The notes: generated by a model not told the origin, from the letters alone. Shown: positions 21,770 to 32,682, numbered from the stretch's first letter. The stretch: DNA of 64,000 nucleotides from Candidatus Helarchaeota archaeon (GCA_019058315.1 JAHPZH010000001.1:439536-503535); one strand, 5' to 3'. Numbers and translations are program-made.

Positions 21770-22504
21770 TTGGAATTTTATGAAGAATTTATTGAAAAAT
21801 ATGATAAGTTAGTCTCTTGGGAGAATAGAGTTACAAGAGAATCAAATTTCTATAAAACAGTTTTTTCTAATAATGATGTTAAAACAATATTGGACTGTGC
21901 TTGTGGAACAGGACATCATGTTATTATGTTAAAACAAATGGGATATGATGTCAAAGGGTCTGATATTTCTCCTGCAATGATTCAAAAAGCTAAAAGTAAT
22001 TCTGATAAATTAGGTTTGAAGATTCCATTAAAAATCTCTGATTTTAAAAATATTTCTAAAATATATAGTGAACAATTTGATGCAGTAATTTGTGTTGGCA
22101 ATTCTTTACCACATTTGTTTACAAACAAGGAAATTTTTGAGGCTCTTAGCGAAATATATAAAGTTCTAAGGCAAAATGGTATTTTTATTTTGGAGCAAAG
22201 AAATTATGATAAATTAACTAAGTTCCAAACTCGGTTTTTTCCAGTTACTTTCAGAGAAGACGAGATTTTTTTCTATGTCCTGGATTATTTTCCAAAAAAA
22301 ATTGTTTTTAATGTAATTGATTTAGAAATTAATTCCAAAAAATTTCATGTTTTTACTACAGAATATAATCCAATCAAAAAAGAAAATTTAGTAGAATTAT
22401 TAGAAAAATCTGGATTTAAGAACTTTAAATACCATCAAGATCATGAATTCAGCGAATTTAATATAGAAAAAAGTGATAATTTAATTATAATTTGCAAAAA
22501 GTAG
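21770..22504 (+). CDS. Class I SAM-dependent methyltransferase (glycine/sarcosine N-methyltransferase-like)
   Basis: ILDCACGTG, FDAVICVGNSLPHL, RNYD. Confidence 0.85.
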   Translation: MEFYEEFIEKYDKLVSWENRVTRESNFYKTVFSNNDVKTILDCACGTGHHVIMLKQMGYDVKGSDISPAMIQKAKSNSDKLGLKIPLKISDFKNISKIYSEQFDAVICVGNSLPHLFTNKEIFEALSEIYKVLRQNGIFILEQRNYDKLTKFQTRFFPVTFREDEIFFYVLDYFPKKIVFNVIDLEINSKKFHVFTTEYNPIKKENLVELLEKSGFKNFKYHQDHEFSEFNIEKSDNLIIICKK

Positions 22505-22527
22505 GACTTTCACTAAAAAAATCAATT

Positions 22528-22719
22528 TTAATTAGATTTCTTATCCTTTTTTTGTTCGACAAAGCTTAACAAGTCAGTCTGAGATTTATAATAACATTTT
22601 TCACAAAGCCAAATTTTAGTTACTAATTTAGCTGGGCCATGAAATCCTTTAGCAGGCTTCTTTTTTATAATATAATGAGTGGCTTGAATATTTGGATGAT
22701 TTTTACAATAATGTTTCAT
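22528..22719 (-). CDS. Small zinc-binding protein with PIP-box-like motif
   Basis: CKNH...CEKC, QTDLLSFV; 9 bp downstream of the RING gene. Confidence 0.55.
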   Translation of the reverse strand: MKHYCKNHPNIQATHYIIKKKPAKGFHGPAKLVTKIWLCEKCYYKSQTDLLSFVEQKKDKKSN

Positions 22720-22728
22720 ATTAATCTA

Positions 22729-25236
22729 CTAAATCCATCTAAAAACATTTGAACAAACAGGACATCTTTTATGTTGATCCACATAAGCGATAATACAGTC
22801 CTTATGGAATGGTGTATTACAATTCTCACACTTGGTATATGCATGGGTCTCAATATTTGTATAACATATAGCGCATAGATTTCCACTAATGAGTTGATAT
22901 TCTTCTAATTCTTCATAATTAACTTTCTTTAATGGTATGAATTTGGAATCTGAAATCTCTCCTTTTATAATTCCTCTATCAAGGAGTTCTCTAAGCCAAG
23001 ATTCCATTTCACGTAAATTAATCTCAAATTTATTTGCCAGTTCTTTGAGTCTTATTTCATCAATTGAACTGAGAAAAATTTGTATTTTTCTTATATCAAG
23101 AGCCCTTATTTTATCTAATTCGTCAAGACTTCTCAACCTATCCAAATTTCCAATATTTGCTATTGTGTCTTGAATATAATAATCATTTGAAATATAACCT
23201 TTTATTTCTTCGTTAAGTATTAACTCTTCTAATATATTTTCCAATTCACTAACTGGATATCTGCATTTTTCAGCTAATTTGCTTAAATGTATGCTTTTAT
23301 ATATTTTAGAATATTTTTTCAATTTACTTTTTACTAATTCTACATCTTGAGTTTCCGCAATAAATTCATTTCCTCTCAATACTTCCTCTTCTTCACTAAA
23401 TTCCTGAATAGATTGAGGAATTTCAAAAACATCAGAAAATAAATTCTCAAATTTATCTTGCACTTTAACCAAAGCTGATATTGCTACACGATTATTGGGA
23501 TCAATTTCAATAATCTTATTTAAAGCATTCATCGCTTTCGGATAATCTTTTATAAAAATTCCATAAGTTTTTGCTTTTTCAAACCAGATATCAGTATTTT
23601 GAGGATTGATTTCAAGTGCTTGGTCCAATATTTCAATCGATTTTTGTGGATCATTTAATTTTTTATAAACCGAACTTAATTTTATCCAAGAATTAACATA
23701 TTTAGGGTCTATCTCAAGAACTTTTTCAAAATATTTAATAGCATCTTCAAAGTTTTTAAATTCTATCTCTTTTTCCCCAATTTTATGCCAAAATGAAGTT
23801 ATAGGTAATTTTATACTTTTTAGTCTTTCTTTAGATGTTGTAATGGCGGAATCAGAAGGATTTCCACGAATAAAAATATTTTTCTGACTTAATAAGTAAT
23901 TTAATACCACATTTTCATAACCTAATTCATTTAATGTTTCAAAGCATTCAAAGGTCTCTCTATAATCTTTTAAATAAAAATAAGCAATTCCCATACTTAA
24001 CCATGCTTCAATATTTCTCTCGTCCATTTTAATGATTTTTCTAAATAAAAGAATTGCTTTTTTGTAATATTTTAATTCCAAATAAGCAGATGCCTTATTA
24101 AACCAAAAAAATATCATTTCTGAACTAACTTTCAACAATCTAACTCTTCTTCTATCAAGTCCTTTTACTCTAAATGAATCTTCTATATGCCGTATAACTT
24201 CTAAATCTCTTAATTTAATTAATTTTGTTGCAGCTGAATGCCTAACTGCATAATCTTTGTCTTTTAAAGCTATAAACAAAAAAAATAATACTCTTAAATT
24301 AATTAATGCTGCCAAACTTTCTACAATTGCTTTCCTAATTTCACTATCTTCATCATTTAATAATTTAATTAATGGTCTTATTGCCCCTTTATCGCCTATC
24401 TCCCCCAAAGCTTTTATAGCAGCATATTTCAAATCTCTATCTTTATCTTCTAAAGTTTCAATTAAAGGTTCTACGGCTTTTATATAACCAAGCTTTCCTA
24501 AGCTAAAAGCTGCACTACATCTAACAGTTACGTCACTATCTTTTAAAGCTTCAATTAAAGGATCCACAGCCCTCTCATCATTAAGTTTACCCAAACTTTC
24601 TGCTACAACATACCGAATCTCTGATCTTTCATCCTTCAAACACTCGATCAAAGGTAAAGTTGCTGATAAATCGCCAAAATTGCCTAAACTTCTAGCAATA
24701 AGAAATCTTATCGACCAATCATCATCTTTTAATCCTTTTATAAAAGCTTCAATTATTATATCCTTTTTTAAATTTGCTAGACTTTGAGCAGCTACCCACC
24801 TAACCCCTTCATACTCATCATGCAACAAAGCATCAATTAATGGTTCAATCACCCTCGGGCTATCAAATTTAGACAATTTCTTTGCCGCAGAAAATCTAAC
24901 AAAATGATTTTCACCCTTTAATGCATCAATTAAAGGGGTAATTAGCTGTTTATCATTATATTCGGCTAACCAATTTGCTAAAAACCACTTTAACGCACCA
25001 GTATCTTCTTTAAATAAAGGTAACAATTTTTCGGCTGCATTTGAATCCCCTAAAATACTCAAGCTTTTAGCTGCATTAGAACGAACTAAATAATCATTAT
25101 CTTTCAAAGCTTTAATTAAAGGTTTTACTGCCTTAAAATCACCGAGTTTACCTAGCTTTTTTGCTGCCTTTCGGCGTTTAACCTCATCAGCATTATTTAA
25201 TCTTTCTATTAAAGAACTTAATTCCTCTTCCGACAT
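22729..25236 (-). CDS. HEAT-repeat/TPR/double PCI (winged helix)/RING protein, putative E3 ligase scaffold
   Basis: About eleven PBS-lyase HEAT repeats, TPRs, two LxxLA...E..L..LI....IKGxI PCI motifs, C-terminal C4HC3 RING. Confidence 0.85.
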   Translation of the reverse strand: MSEEELSSLIERLNNADEVKRRKAAKKLGKLGDFKAVKPLIKALKDNDYLVRSNAAKSLSILGDSNAAEKLLPLFKEDTGALKWFLANWLAEYNDKQLITPLIDALKGENHFVRFSAAKKLSKFDSPRVIEPLIDALLHDEYEGVRWVAAQSLANLKKDIIIEAFIKGLKDDDWSIRFLIARSLGNFGDLSATLPLIECLKDERSEIRYVVAESLGKLNDERAVDPLIEALKDSDVTVRCSAAFSLGKLGYIKAVEPLIETLEDKDRDLKYAAIKALGEIGDKGAIRPLIKLLNDEDSEIRKAIVESLAALINLRVLFFLFIALKDKDYAVRHSAATKLIKLRDLEVIRHIEDSFRVKGLDRRRVRLLKVSSEMIFFWFNKASAYLELKYYKKAILLFRKIIKMDERNIEAWLSMGIAYFYLKDYRETFECFETLNELGYENVVLNYLLSQKNIFIRGNPSDSAITTSKERLKSIKLPITSFWHKIGEKEIEFKNFEDAIKYFEKVLEIDPKYVNSWIKLSSVYKKLNDPQKSIEILDQALEINPQNTDIWFEKAKTYGIFIKDYPKAMNALNKIIEIDPNNRVAISALVKVQDKFENLFSDVFEIPQSIQEFSEEEEVLRGNEFIAETQDVELVKSKLKKYSKIYKSIHLSKLAEKCRYPVSELENILEELILNEEIKGYISNDYYIQDTIANIGNLDRLRSLDELDKIRALDIRKIQIFLSSIDEIRLKELANKFEINLREMESWLRELLDRGIIKGEISDSKFIPLKKVNYEELEEYQLISGNLCAICYTNIETHAYTKCENCNTPFHKDCIIAYVDQHKRCPVCSNVFRWI

Positions 25237-25453
25237 GATCGATTTTCTTCGTTTATTTTAAATTATTGATGATTCCCAATAATATCCTTATTTTATGATA
25301 TTTATAATATATGAATCGCTAAAAAACTTATAAAATCTTATTAGATTTATCTTAAAATTTAAATAATTTTTCTCAAGTTTACAACCATTAACATTTTTAC
25401 TCCAAAGTTATAACTAGTATATTATGGGATATTTCCTTTAGGAGTTTTACATT

Positions 25454-26722
25454 ATGATTTCCAATCGAATTAAGCTCACAATAATTTTAACCATAGCTTG
25501 GTTCTTTACAGTGTGTGATAGATATGTTACACAATTGCTATTTCCCGTTTTTGAGAGCCTCTTTTATATTGACAATCCATTAGTACTAATTGTGTCTACA
25601 GAAGCTGTGTGGTGGGCAGCTTATTCTACATCTGCTATTATTGGCGGTATATTATCTGATAAATTCTTAAGGAAGAATATGATTTCAATAACTTTGTTAT
25701 TTTACTTTGTAAATACTTTCTTAATTTCTTTTGCCACAAATTTTGTGGTTTTTATCTTTTTTAGGATAATGAGTGGTTTATTTGCTGGTGCTTTTTTCCC
25801 ATTAGCTATTACTATAGTCTCTGATGCATACCCCGAAAAAGATATGAAATCTAAAGCTAATGGTTTATTCGTTTCGGGTGCAGTTTTTGCAAATGCAATA
25901 GCCCCAGGAATTATAGGAGAATTAATTATTGGGACAAATAACTATTTATTCGCCAACGAATGGCTTCCTAAACACTTCACAATTGTTGGAAATTGGGGTC
26001 TTATTTATCAAATCTTTTCTATTCCACTTTTAATTATGGCTTTTATTGTACATATCGGATTTGACGAACATGAAGTAATTCAAGATATAGATAAATCTGA
26101 TAAACCACCAATTCGTTCTCTATTCAATAGAAATGTAAATATTTTAATAATTTTTGTAACTTTAGACCTCTTTGAATTATGGACGCTTCAACAATGGCTT
26201 CCCTACCTCTTTGCAGTTTATTTTCTTACCGGGTTCTCTGGAGCTGGAACAACATCAACAGCTGCTGGAATAATTGGTGCATTTGGAGCAGTTACTTTTG
26301 GATTGATTGGTGGCAGTCAAAGTGCAAAATCAGATAAAAAGAAGGGAAACAAAATAACACTTGTGGTTGCTGTTTGTGGAGATATAATAGGATTGCTTAT
26401 ATTTATATCTTTAGGAACTTTAATACCACGAGGACCCAATAGCGCTATTTTCGCGATGATTGCTATAATGCTTGTAATTTTTGCAGGAACTGGAGAATAT
26501 GCAGCATTATATACACTTATTACTGAAAGTGTTCCTCCTTCTGTAAGTGGTAAAACTATGGGTTTATGTATCGGTATTGCTAATTTCGCAACAGTGGGTG
26601 GCTTAATAATTCAGGGAATTGTAGGTACTAATTCACCAACTATTTTGATAATTTTATGGATACCAATAGCAGCAGCAATTATACAATTACCAATTAGCTA
26701 TTTATATAATCCGACAGATTAA
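25454..26722 (+). CDS. MFS transporter
   Basis: About twelve TM helices, GGILSDKFLRK motif A. Confidence 0.9.
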   Translation: MISNRIKLTIILTIAWFFTVCDRYVTQLLFPVFESLFYIDNPLVLIVSTEAVWWAAYSTSAIIGGILSDKFLRKNMISITLLFYFVNTFLISFATNFVVFIFFRIMSGLFAGAFFPLAITIVSDAYPEKDMKSKANGLFVSGAVFANAIAPGIIGELIIGTNNYLFANEWLPKHFTIVGNWGLIYQIFSIPLLIMAFIVHIGFDEHEVIQDIDKSDKPPIRSLFNRNVNILIIFVTLDLFELWTLQQWLPYLFAVYFLTGFSGAGTTSTAAGIIGAFGAVTFGLIGGSQSAKSDKKKGNKITLVVAVCGDIIGLLIFISLGTLIPRGPNSAIFAMIAIMLVIFAGTGEYAALYTLITESVPPSVSGKTMGLCIGIANFATVGGLIIQGIVGTNSPTILIILWIPIAAAIIQLPISYLYNPTD

Positions 26723-26939
26723 ATTTCAAAGGACCATAATGATTAAAACAAAAAATTCTTTTAAGTTCAATGATATGCAATGAAACTTACGTATAATATC
26801 TAGGGTCTATTTAATTAGTAGGGATTAATAACCTTTCTAGGACTAATTCTAATCATAAGAGGAGAAATTAATCGGAAAAAACAAAAAAAAGAAAGATAGT
26901 ATTATTAAGTCGAAAATTCATTTCTAATTAGAGAAATTT

Positions 26940-28391
26940 TTGAGAGAGCACCAAATGGACCTTAAGGAAAAGTTAATGACAATTCCGGAGAAACCTGGCT
27001 GTTATTTTTTCAAAAATAATAATGATATCATATATATTGGAAAAGCTATATCATTGAAGAAACGAGTAAATTCTTATTTTAATATTCCACAATCTAGCTC
27101 TCCAAAACTTGAAGCTTTAGTATCAGAAATTACAGATATTGAGTGGAATATTACAAATTCCGAAATCGAAGCCCTTCTATTGGAATCACAATTAATAAAG
27201 CAACATCAACCTAAATATAACAAACGGGCTAAGGATGACAAAAGTTTTCCTTATGTTCATATTACTGATGAACCTTTTCCTAGAATTCTTATAAAAAGAT
27301 TAATTAAAAATGCTGATCGGAAACCTGGAAAATATTTTGGACCTTTTACTGATGTCAAAGCACTCCGTCAGACATTAAGATTTATATTCAAAACATTTCC
27401 CGCAGCAAATTGCTCAAAATCTGTCGATAAACAAAAAAGATTCTGTTTAAAATATCAATATCACTTATGTTCTGCACCATGTGTCAAAAAAATTAGTAAA
27501 AATGAGTATAATAATCGTATTAATCTAATTTGTAAACTCTTATCCGGTCAAAAAGAATCCCTATTAAAAGAATTATATACAGATATGGAAGCTGCTTCAA
27601 AAAATCTAGATTTTGAAAAAGCCGCAGAAATAAGGGATCAAATTTTCGCACTAGAGAAATCTATCAGAAATGTAGCAATTACTAGCACTGAATCAGATCT
27701 TGAAACAATTTCAGAAGGTGTAAAAGAATTAAAAAAATCATTGGATTTAGAAAAAAACCCATATAGAATAGCCGGCTTTGATATTTCTAACATTGGAGGA
27801 ACCCTTGCTACAGGTTCTCTCGTAATTTTCGAAAATGGGTTACCAAAAAAAGAAGATTATCGAAGATTTAGAATTAAACAAACTGGTCCTGATGACGTTG
27901 CTATGATAAAGGAACTGATTGATAGAAGATATAAACGTGTCTTGAATGAAAATCTACAGTTACCAGATCTAATTTTAATAGATGGCGGAAAAGGTCAAGT
28001 AAATGCAGCTTCAAGTATCTTAAAAAAATATGATTTAGAAATACCTGTAATAGGGTTGGCAAAAAAAGATGAATCTATATTTTTTCCTCAAAAATCAGAT
28101 CCACTGAATCTTTCAAGAAACTCAAAGGCATTATTTCTATTAGAACGAGTCAGAGATGAAGCACATAGGTTTGCTATCTCCTATCATAAGAAATTAAGAC
28201 AAAAAACTATTAAAAGATCAATTCTAGAAGATATTCCTGGGATTGGGAAAAAAATAAGTGAAAAATTAATAAATTATTTTGGGTCAGTTGAGAAAATTAA
28301 ACAAGCTTCATTAGAAGAATTAAAAACCGTTCCAAGGTTAAGTGATAAATTAGCAGAAAAAATATATAGTTATTTTCATAATTCTCTCTGA
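26940..28391 (+). CDS. uvrC: Excinuclease ABC subunit C
   Basis: PGCY/IYIGKA GIY-YIG, UVR motif, FDISN, LIDGGKGQ, RDEAHRFA, HhH. Confidence 0.97.
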   Translation: MREHQMDLKEKLMTIPEKPGCYFFKNNNDIIYIGKAISLKKRVNSYFNIPQSSSPKLEALVSEITDIEWNITNSEIEALLLESQLIKQHQPKYNKRAKDDKSFPYVHITDEPFPRILIKRLIKNADRKPGKYFGPFTDVKALRQTLRFIFKTFPAANCSKSVDKQKRFCLKYQYHLCSAPCVKKISKNEYNNRINLICKLLSGQKESLLKELYTDMEAASKNLDFEKAAEIRDQIFALEKSIRNVAITSTESDLETISEGVKELKKSLDLEKNPYRIAGFDISNIGGTLATGSLVIFENGLPKKEDYRRFRIKQTGPDDVAMIKELIDRRYKRVLNENLQLPDLILIDGGKGQVNAASSILKKYDLEIPVIGLAKKDESIFFPQKSDPLNLSRNSKALFLLERVRDEAHRFAISYHKKLRQKTIKRSILEDIPGIGKKISEKLINYFGSVEKIKQASLEELKTVPRLSDKLAEKIYSYFHNSL

Positions 28392-28429
28392 ATAATCTTT
28401 AAAAATTAATTTCAGCTTGGAGAATTTTT

Positions 28430-29218
28430 ATGCTCAACTATTATATGTCACGATATACCACAGATACTATCTATAACTTCGAATTTTTAGTTGTTATCAT
28501 AATATTTTTGGTTTTATTAATATTATGGAAAAAAACTGGAGAAAAAAATTCTCTAAAAGTATATATTTTAACAGGAATACTACATTCAATAATTGAATTA
28601 GTTGGTGAAGGTTCTGGAACCCGCGTAATTTCGACAACATATCTTTTTGGTATAATACAAATAGGATATCCATTTACAGCATTTATTTTAGGATTTTTTG
28701 AAGGTGGACTATTTTGTCTAATGGGATATCATGTTGTTCGAATATTAATGAATAAGGATGGTTTTTCATTAAAATTTACAGCAATTTTATCAATTATATT
28801 TCTCATATTTAGTACATTAGGGGCAATTAATGCAAGAATGTCGTTGAGATCCAATCCCTTTGCTATTATTATTACCAGAAGAGAAATTTTCTCCATTGGG
28901 GCAATAATTCTTTTAATAATCTCCTTCATTGTTTCATTTGGTTATTTTTTTCTAAAAAAGAATATCCCTTCTGGCCATAGAATTAGTCTAATATATTTTT
29001 ACTTAGGAGTGATCTTCTTTACAGCCGTATTAATAGTACCACTTCATGTAGGTGGTGTCCGTTTTATAGAAGTCTATCAAAATTTTGTTTTTATGCATGC
29101 AAGCTTCATCGAACAATTAATTGTCATGTATGGTTATAGTATAGTTCTAGAGGCGGCTGGATTTTTTTTACCGTTCTATGTAATTATCTATCATTTTAAT
29201 CTAATAGAATTAGAATAA
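28430..29218 (+). CDS. Multi-pass membrane protein
   Basis: About seven hydrophobic segments. Confidence 0.7.
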   Translation: MLNYYMSRYTTDTIYNFEFLVVIIIFLVLLILWKKTGEKNSLKVYILTGILHSIIELVGEGSGTRVISTTYLFGIIQIGYPFTAFILGFFEGGLFCLMGYHVVRILMNKDGFSLKFTAILSIIFLIFSTLGAINARMSLRSNPFAIIITRREIFSIGAIILLIISFIVSFGYFFLKKNIPSGHRISLIYFYLGVIFFTAVLIVPLHVGGVRFIEVYQNFVFMHASFIEQLIVMYGYSIVLEAAGFFLPFYVIIYHFNLIELE

Positions 29219-29228
29219 TGAAAACAAG

Positions 29229-29864
29229 ATGGACCAAATTAAAAAAGAAATCAGATTCAAAATTCCCTTTTATGAGCAAGGATATAACGAATGTGGTCCA
29301 ATTTGCTTGAAAATGGTTCTTGAATATTTTGGAGAACATCATTCGGTATTGGAATTAAAAAATTTAGTTGAGAGTGATTCAACAGGAACCACATGGGCTA
29401 TTGGACTGGTAAAGGCAGCAGCTTCACTAGGATTTAAAGTGGACTTTTATACGACTTATTTGGGAGTTAATCCTGATAACTATAGCTTGATGTATTATGT
29501 TACACAAACAGATGGTTATAAGGAATCAAAGGTTAAAGTAAAAAAAATTATTGATATTATATCGAGAGATCCGAGAGTTACACTTATAGAAAAAGCTCTA
29601 ACACTTGAAGAAATTTTAAAAAAAATTAATGAGGATTGTACAGTGATTTCAGAAGTCAATTGGTGTTCAGTTATAAGGGAAAACGGATATCTCGGACATT
29701 TTATTGTGATTGTCGGATATGATAAAAAAAATGTTTATATCCATCAAATTCTGCCTGGAAACCCCCAACCTTATTTTCCAATAAAAAGAAATGTTTTTAA
29801 TAAAGCTCGGAATCAACTCGGAACAGATCAGAATTTAATTTTTATTTATAGAAAAGAAAAATGA
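29229..29864 (+). CDS. Peptidase C39-like (papain-fold) protein
   Basis: Q-x4-CGPICLKMVL and GHFIVIVGYD. Confidence 0.8.
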   Translation: MDQIKKEIRFKIPFYEQGYNECGPICLKMVLEYFGEHHSVLELKNLVESDSTGTTWAIGLVKAAASLGFKVDFYTTYLGVNPDNYSLMYYVTQTDGYKESKVKVKKIIDIISRDPRVTLIEKALTLEEILKKINEDCTVISEVNWCSVIRENGYLGHFIVIVGYDKKNVYIHQILPGNPQPYFPIKRNVFNKARNQLGTDQNLIFIYRKEK

Positions 29865-29890
29865 GTTACAGAAGATCTTGGTTTAAATAA

Positions 29891-30352
29891 TTAAATGATT
29901 AAATAATTATGTATTAGATCTTCAACTAATTTTTCTTCATAGTTTATACCAAAGTTAAATAAAAGAGCTAAACCTATTGCTATTAATATAAGAACAAATC
30001 CAGCCATTAAATCAATAATTCTATGCGTAGTATGTTCTATACCAATTATAAAAAATGCAATACTCATTAATAATAAGAAAATAGGTATTAAAATCTGTAA
30101 AGTTTTATACATAGAAGTTATCATCTTAATATAAATCGTTGTTTCCCCATTCCCTTCAAAACTGATGATTCCAGTTCTTTTAGCAGGAATTAAGGCTGGG
30201 TGTATATATAAATTCTTGTAAAAATTCTCAATTAAAAATTCAATTTGAGATTCACTCTCTTCCAATATGTAGAAATCTGAATTTTGGTCAAATAATTGAA
30301 TAATTTTTTCTTTACAATTTCTTACAGGTAATTCTATTTTTTTAGAACGCAA
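29891..30352 (-). CDS. Two-TM membrane protein, tandem paralog
   Basis: CKEKIIQLF, KRTG-I-SFEG-GET shared with the neighbour. Confidence 0.7.
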   Translation of the reverse strand: MRSKKIELPVRNCKEKIIQLFDQNSDFYILEESESQIEFLIENFYKNLYIHPALIPAKRTGIISFEGNGETTIYIKMITSMYKTLQILIPIFLLLMSIAFFIIGIEHTTHRIIDLMAGFVLILIAIGLALLFNFGINYEEKLVEDLIHNYLII

Positions 30353-30401
30353 AATAATTTAACCTTTATTAATTATTAATCATTTTAAATTCTTCTTTTA
30401 A

Positions 30402-30890
30402 CTAATGTTCTGCTGTTAAAAAATCAAAAATTATATCCTCAATTAATTTCTCTTCACGTCTTATACCCCAGCTGAAGAAATAATAAAAACCTATTGCGGT
30501 TAATATAAATATCAACCCAGGAATTAAATTATGAAGAGCATGCATTTTATATTTTACAAGAGTAAAGATATATAAAAATATACCAAAACCACTCATTATT
30601 AAAAAGTTAATAGGAATTACTAACCTTAAAATATTATACATTGTGCTTTTTATTTTTATTTTAATTTGGGTTTCTCCATCCCCTTCAAAACTGATGGTTC
30701 CAGTTCTTTTAACAGGTATTAGTCCATAGGCTCGTTCTACATTTTTGATAAAATCCTTAATTAAAATTTTAAATTGAAAATTATTTTCTTCTGATATGTG
30801 AAAACCTGCTCTTTGGTTAAATAATTGAATAATTTTTTCCTTACAAATTTTTAATGGTAAAGATATTCTTATAGAACCCAAATAATTCAC
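30402..30890 (-). CDS. Two-TM membrane protein, tandem paralog
   Basis: Colinear with 29891-30352. Confidence 0.7.
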   Translation of the reverse strand: MNYLGSIRISLPLKICKEKIIQLFNQRAGFHISEENNFQFKILIKDFIKNVERAYGLIPVKRTGTISFEGDGETQIKIKIKSTMYNILRLVIPINFLIMSGFGIFLYIFTLVKYKMHALHNLIPGLIFILTAIGFYYFFSWGIRREEKLIEDIIFDFLTAEH

Positions 30891-30903
30891 CCCTTATTAA
30901 TAA

Positions 30904-32091
30904 TTAGAATCCTCTTTCACGATATGCTTCTCTTTGGATAAGATAAAGCATAACGTTCCGAGTTCCACCACCAATTTCTAATAGAGGGGCATCTCTGGCA
31001 AAACGTTCCATAGGGTGTTCTTTGGTATATCCGATTCCACCCATTAATTGAATTCCTTCTTTAGCAATCCAATTTGCAGAGTGACAAGCATAATATTTCG
31101 CCATTGAAGCAATTTTTGTTGCTCGAATATTACTTATCCTATCAAGGGTTCTCGCAGCTTGGATTGTAAGTGCACGTGCTGCTTCTATTCTGGTAGCCAT
31201 ATCTGCAATTATAAAACTAACCCCTTCAAAGCCTCTTATTTCCCGGTCGAACTGAATTCTCTCTGTGCTATAACGTAATGCTGTTTCAAATGCGGCTTTA
31301 GCAACTCCCACTCCTTGTCCCGCAATAGCGACACGTTCAGAATTAAGTTCATCCATTAAGACTTTAAATCCATAATTTTCATCTGCAATCCTATTTTCAG
31401 CTGGTACAGCAACATTTTTAAATCGAAGATGGGAAATTCGGGTTCCATTTAATCCCATCAATTCATAATCTTTCTCAACAGTAAATCCTTTCATTCCTTT
31501 TTCTACAATAAAAGCTGTCATTCCAGTTTTTGGACGAGTTATTGGTAAGGGCGTCGTAATAGCGAATAAACAAATATAATCAGCCTGACTACCATTTGTA
31601 ATGAATCTTTTTTCACCATTAATAATATAATAATCTCCCTCTCTATGTGCTCTGGTCTTCATGCCCGCAGCATCTGAACCTACATCAGGTTCCGTAATTC
31701 CTATCGCCCCAATTTTCTCGCCTTTTATTAAGGGTGTAAGAAATTTTTCTTTCTGTTCATGCGTTCCAAATCGATTTAAAGGCATACCACAAAGATGAAC
31801 AGAAGCTAATCGAGATAGATCCAAAGCAAAATTTATTGCACTAAGTTCCTCGGCAATAATAGTATCCCCGATGACTCCAAATTCGGAACCTCCATATTCT
31901 TTCGGATGCAAGACCCGAAGAAAACCACGTTTTCCTAACTCACGGATAATATTTCTTATAGTATCATAAGATTTTGATTTCTCAATTTCGTTTACTTTAG
32001 GAGCAACATATTCTTCTGCAAATTGCTTTATTTCTTCTTTGAGTTCTAACTCTTCCTTTGAAAGAAATACACTCAAGGGACCATTCCTCAT
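30904..32091 (-). CDS. Acyl-CoA dehydrogenase
   Basis: ITEPDVGSD, NGEKRFITNG, IQLMGGIGY, ERFARD. Confidence 0.95.
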   Translation of the reverse strand: MRNGPLSVFLSKEELELKEEIKQFAEEYVAPKVNEIEKSKSYDTIRNIIRELGKRGFLRVLHPKEYGGSEFGVIGDTIIAEELSAINFALDLSRLASVHLCGMPLNRFGTHEQKEKFLTPLIKGEKIGAIGITEPDVGSDAAGMKTRAHREGDYYIINGEKRFITNGSQADYICLFAITTPLPITRPKTGMTAFIVEKGMKGFTVEKDYELMGLNGTRISHLRFKNVAVPAENRIADENYGFKVLMDELNSERVAIAGQGVGVAKAAFETALRYSTERIQFDREIRGFEGVSFIIADMATRIEAARALTIQAARTLDRISNIRATKIASMAKYYACHSANWIAKEGIQLMGGIGYTKEHPMERFARDAPLLEIGGGTRNVMLYLIQREAYRERGF

Positions 32092-32335
32092 TTTAATATT
32101 TTTAATTTTTTCAAATTTAAATTAGTAAATATAACTTAAAGTAATTTACAGTGCATAAAAATGACCCATTTGTATTTAATAAAAAATAATATAAAATGCA
32201 AATTGTACCAAAATAAAAACTTTTAAAAGCAGGAGAATTAACAAAAAACAAAATTATTGATAAGAATTGCAAAACTCATAATGTTAAAGACCCTACTCTC
32301 TTTTATGTGAGGTTTTAGTAATCTTTAAATTGAAT

Positions 32336-32560
32336 TCATAGGTCTCTATATTTCTTTTTACGTTTTTCAGTTTTACTTTTCTTTAATAATTCCGAATAAC
32401 GAACATCAAACCTTATAAAATAAGTTCGACCACAAGCCTTACATGTAGCCTCTTTTATTTCATTATCCAGATAAACTGCCGCCCCACAAACGCAATGAAT
32501 ATCAAGAGAATATTTGAATTCATTAAAATATACCCTCGATTCATCTATAACCCGTGTCAT
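32336..32560 (-). CDS. Small zinc-ribbon protein
   Basis: CVCG...CKACG, basic tail, GAAGTGA upstream. Confidence 0.6.
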   Translation of the reverse strand: MTRVIDESRVYFNEFKYSLDIHCVCGAAVYLDNEIKEATCKACGRTYFIRFDVRYSELLKKSKTEKRKKKYRDL

Positions 32561-32682
32561 TCACTTCACTTTTTTCAAAAATTAAAAAACAAATATGATA
32601 TTTTTCAAATTAAAATAATAATATAAAATCTTCTAATTATTTAAGATACCCCTAATATTGGAATTTATATCATAACTAGATT

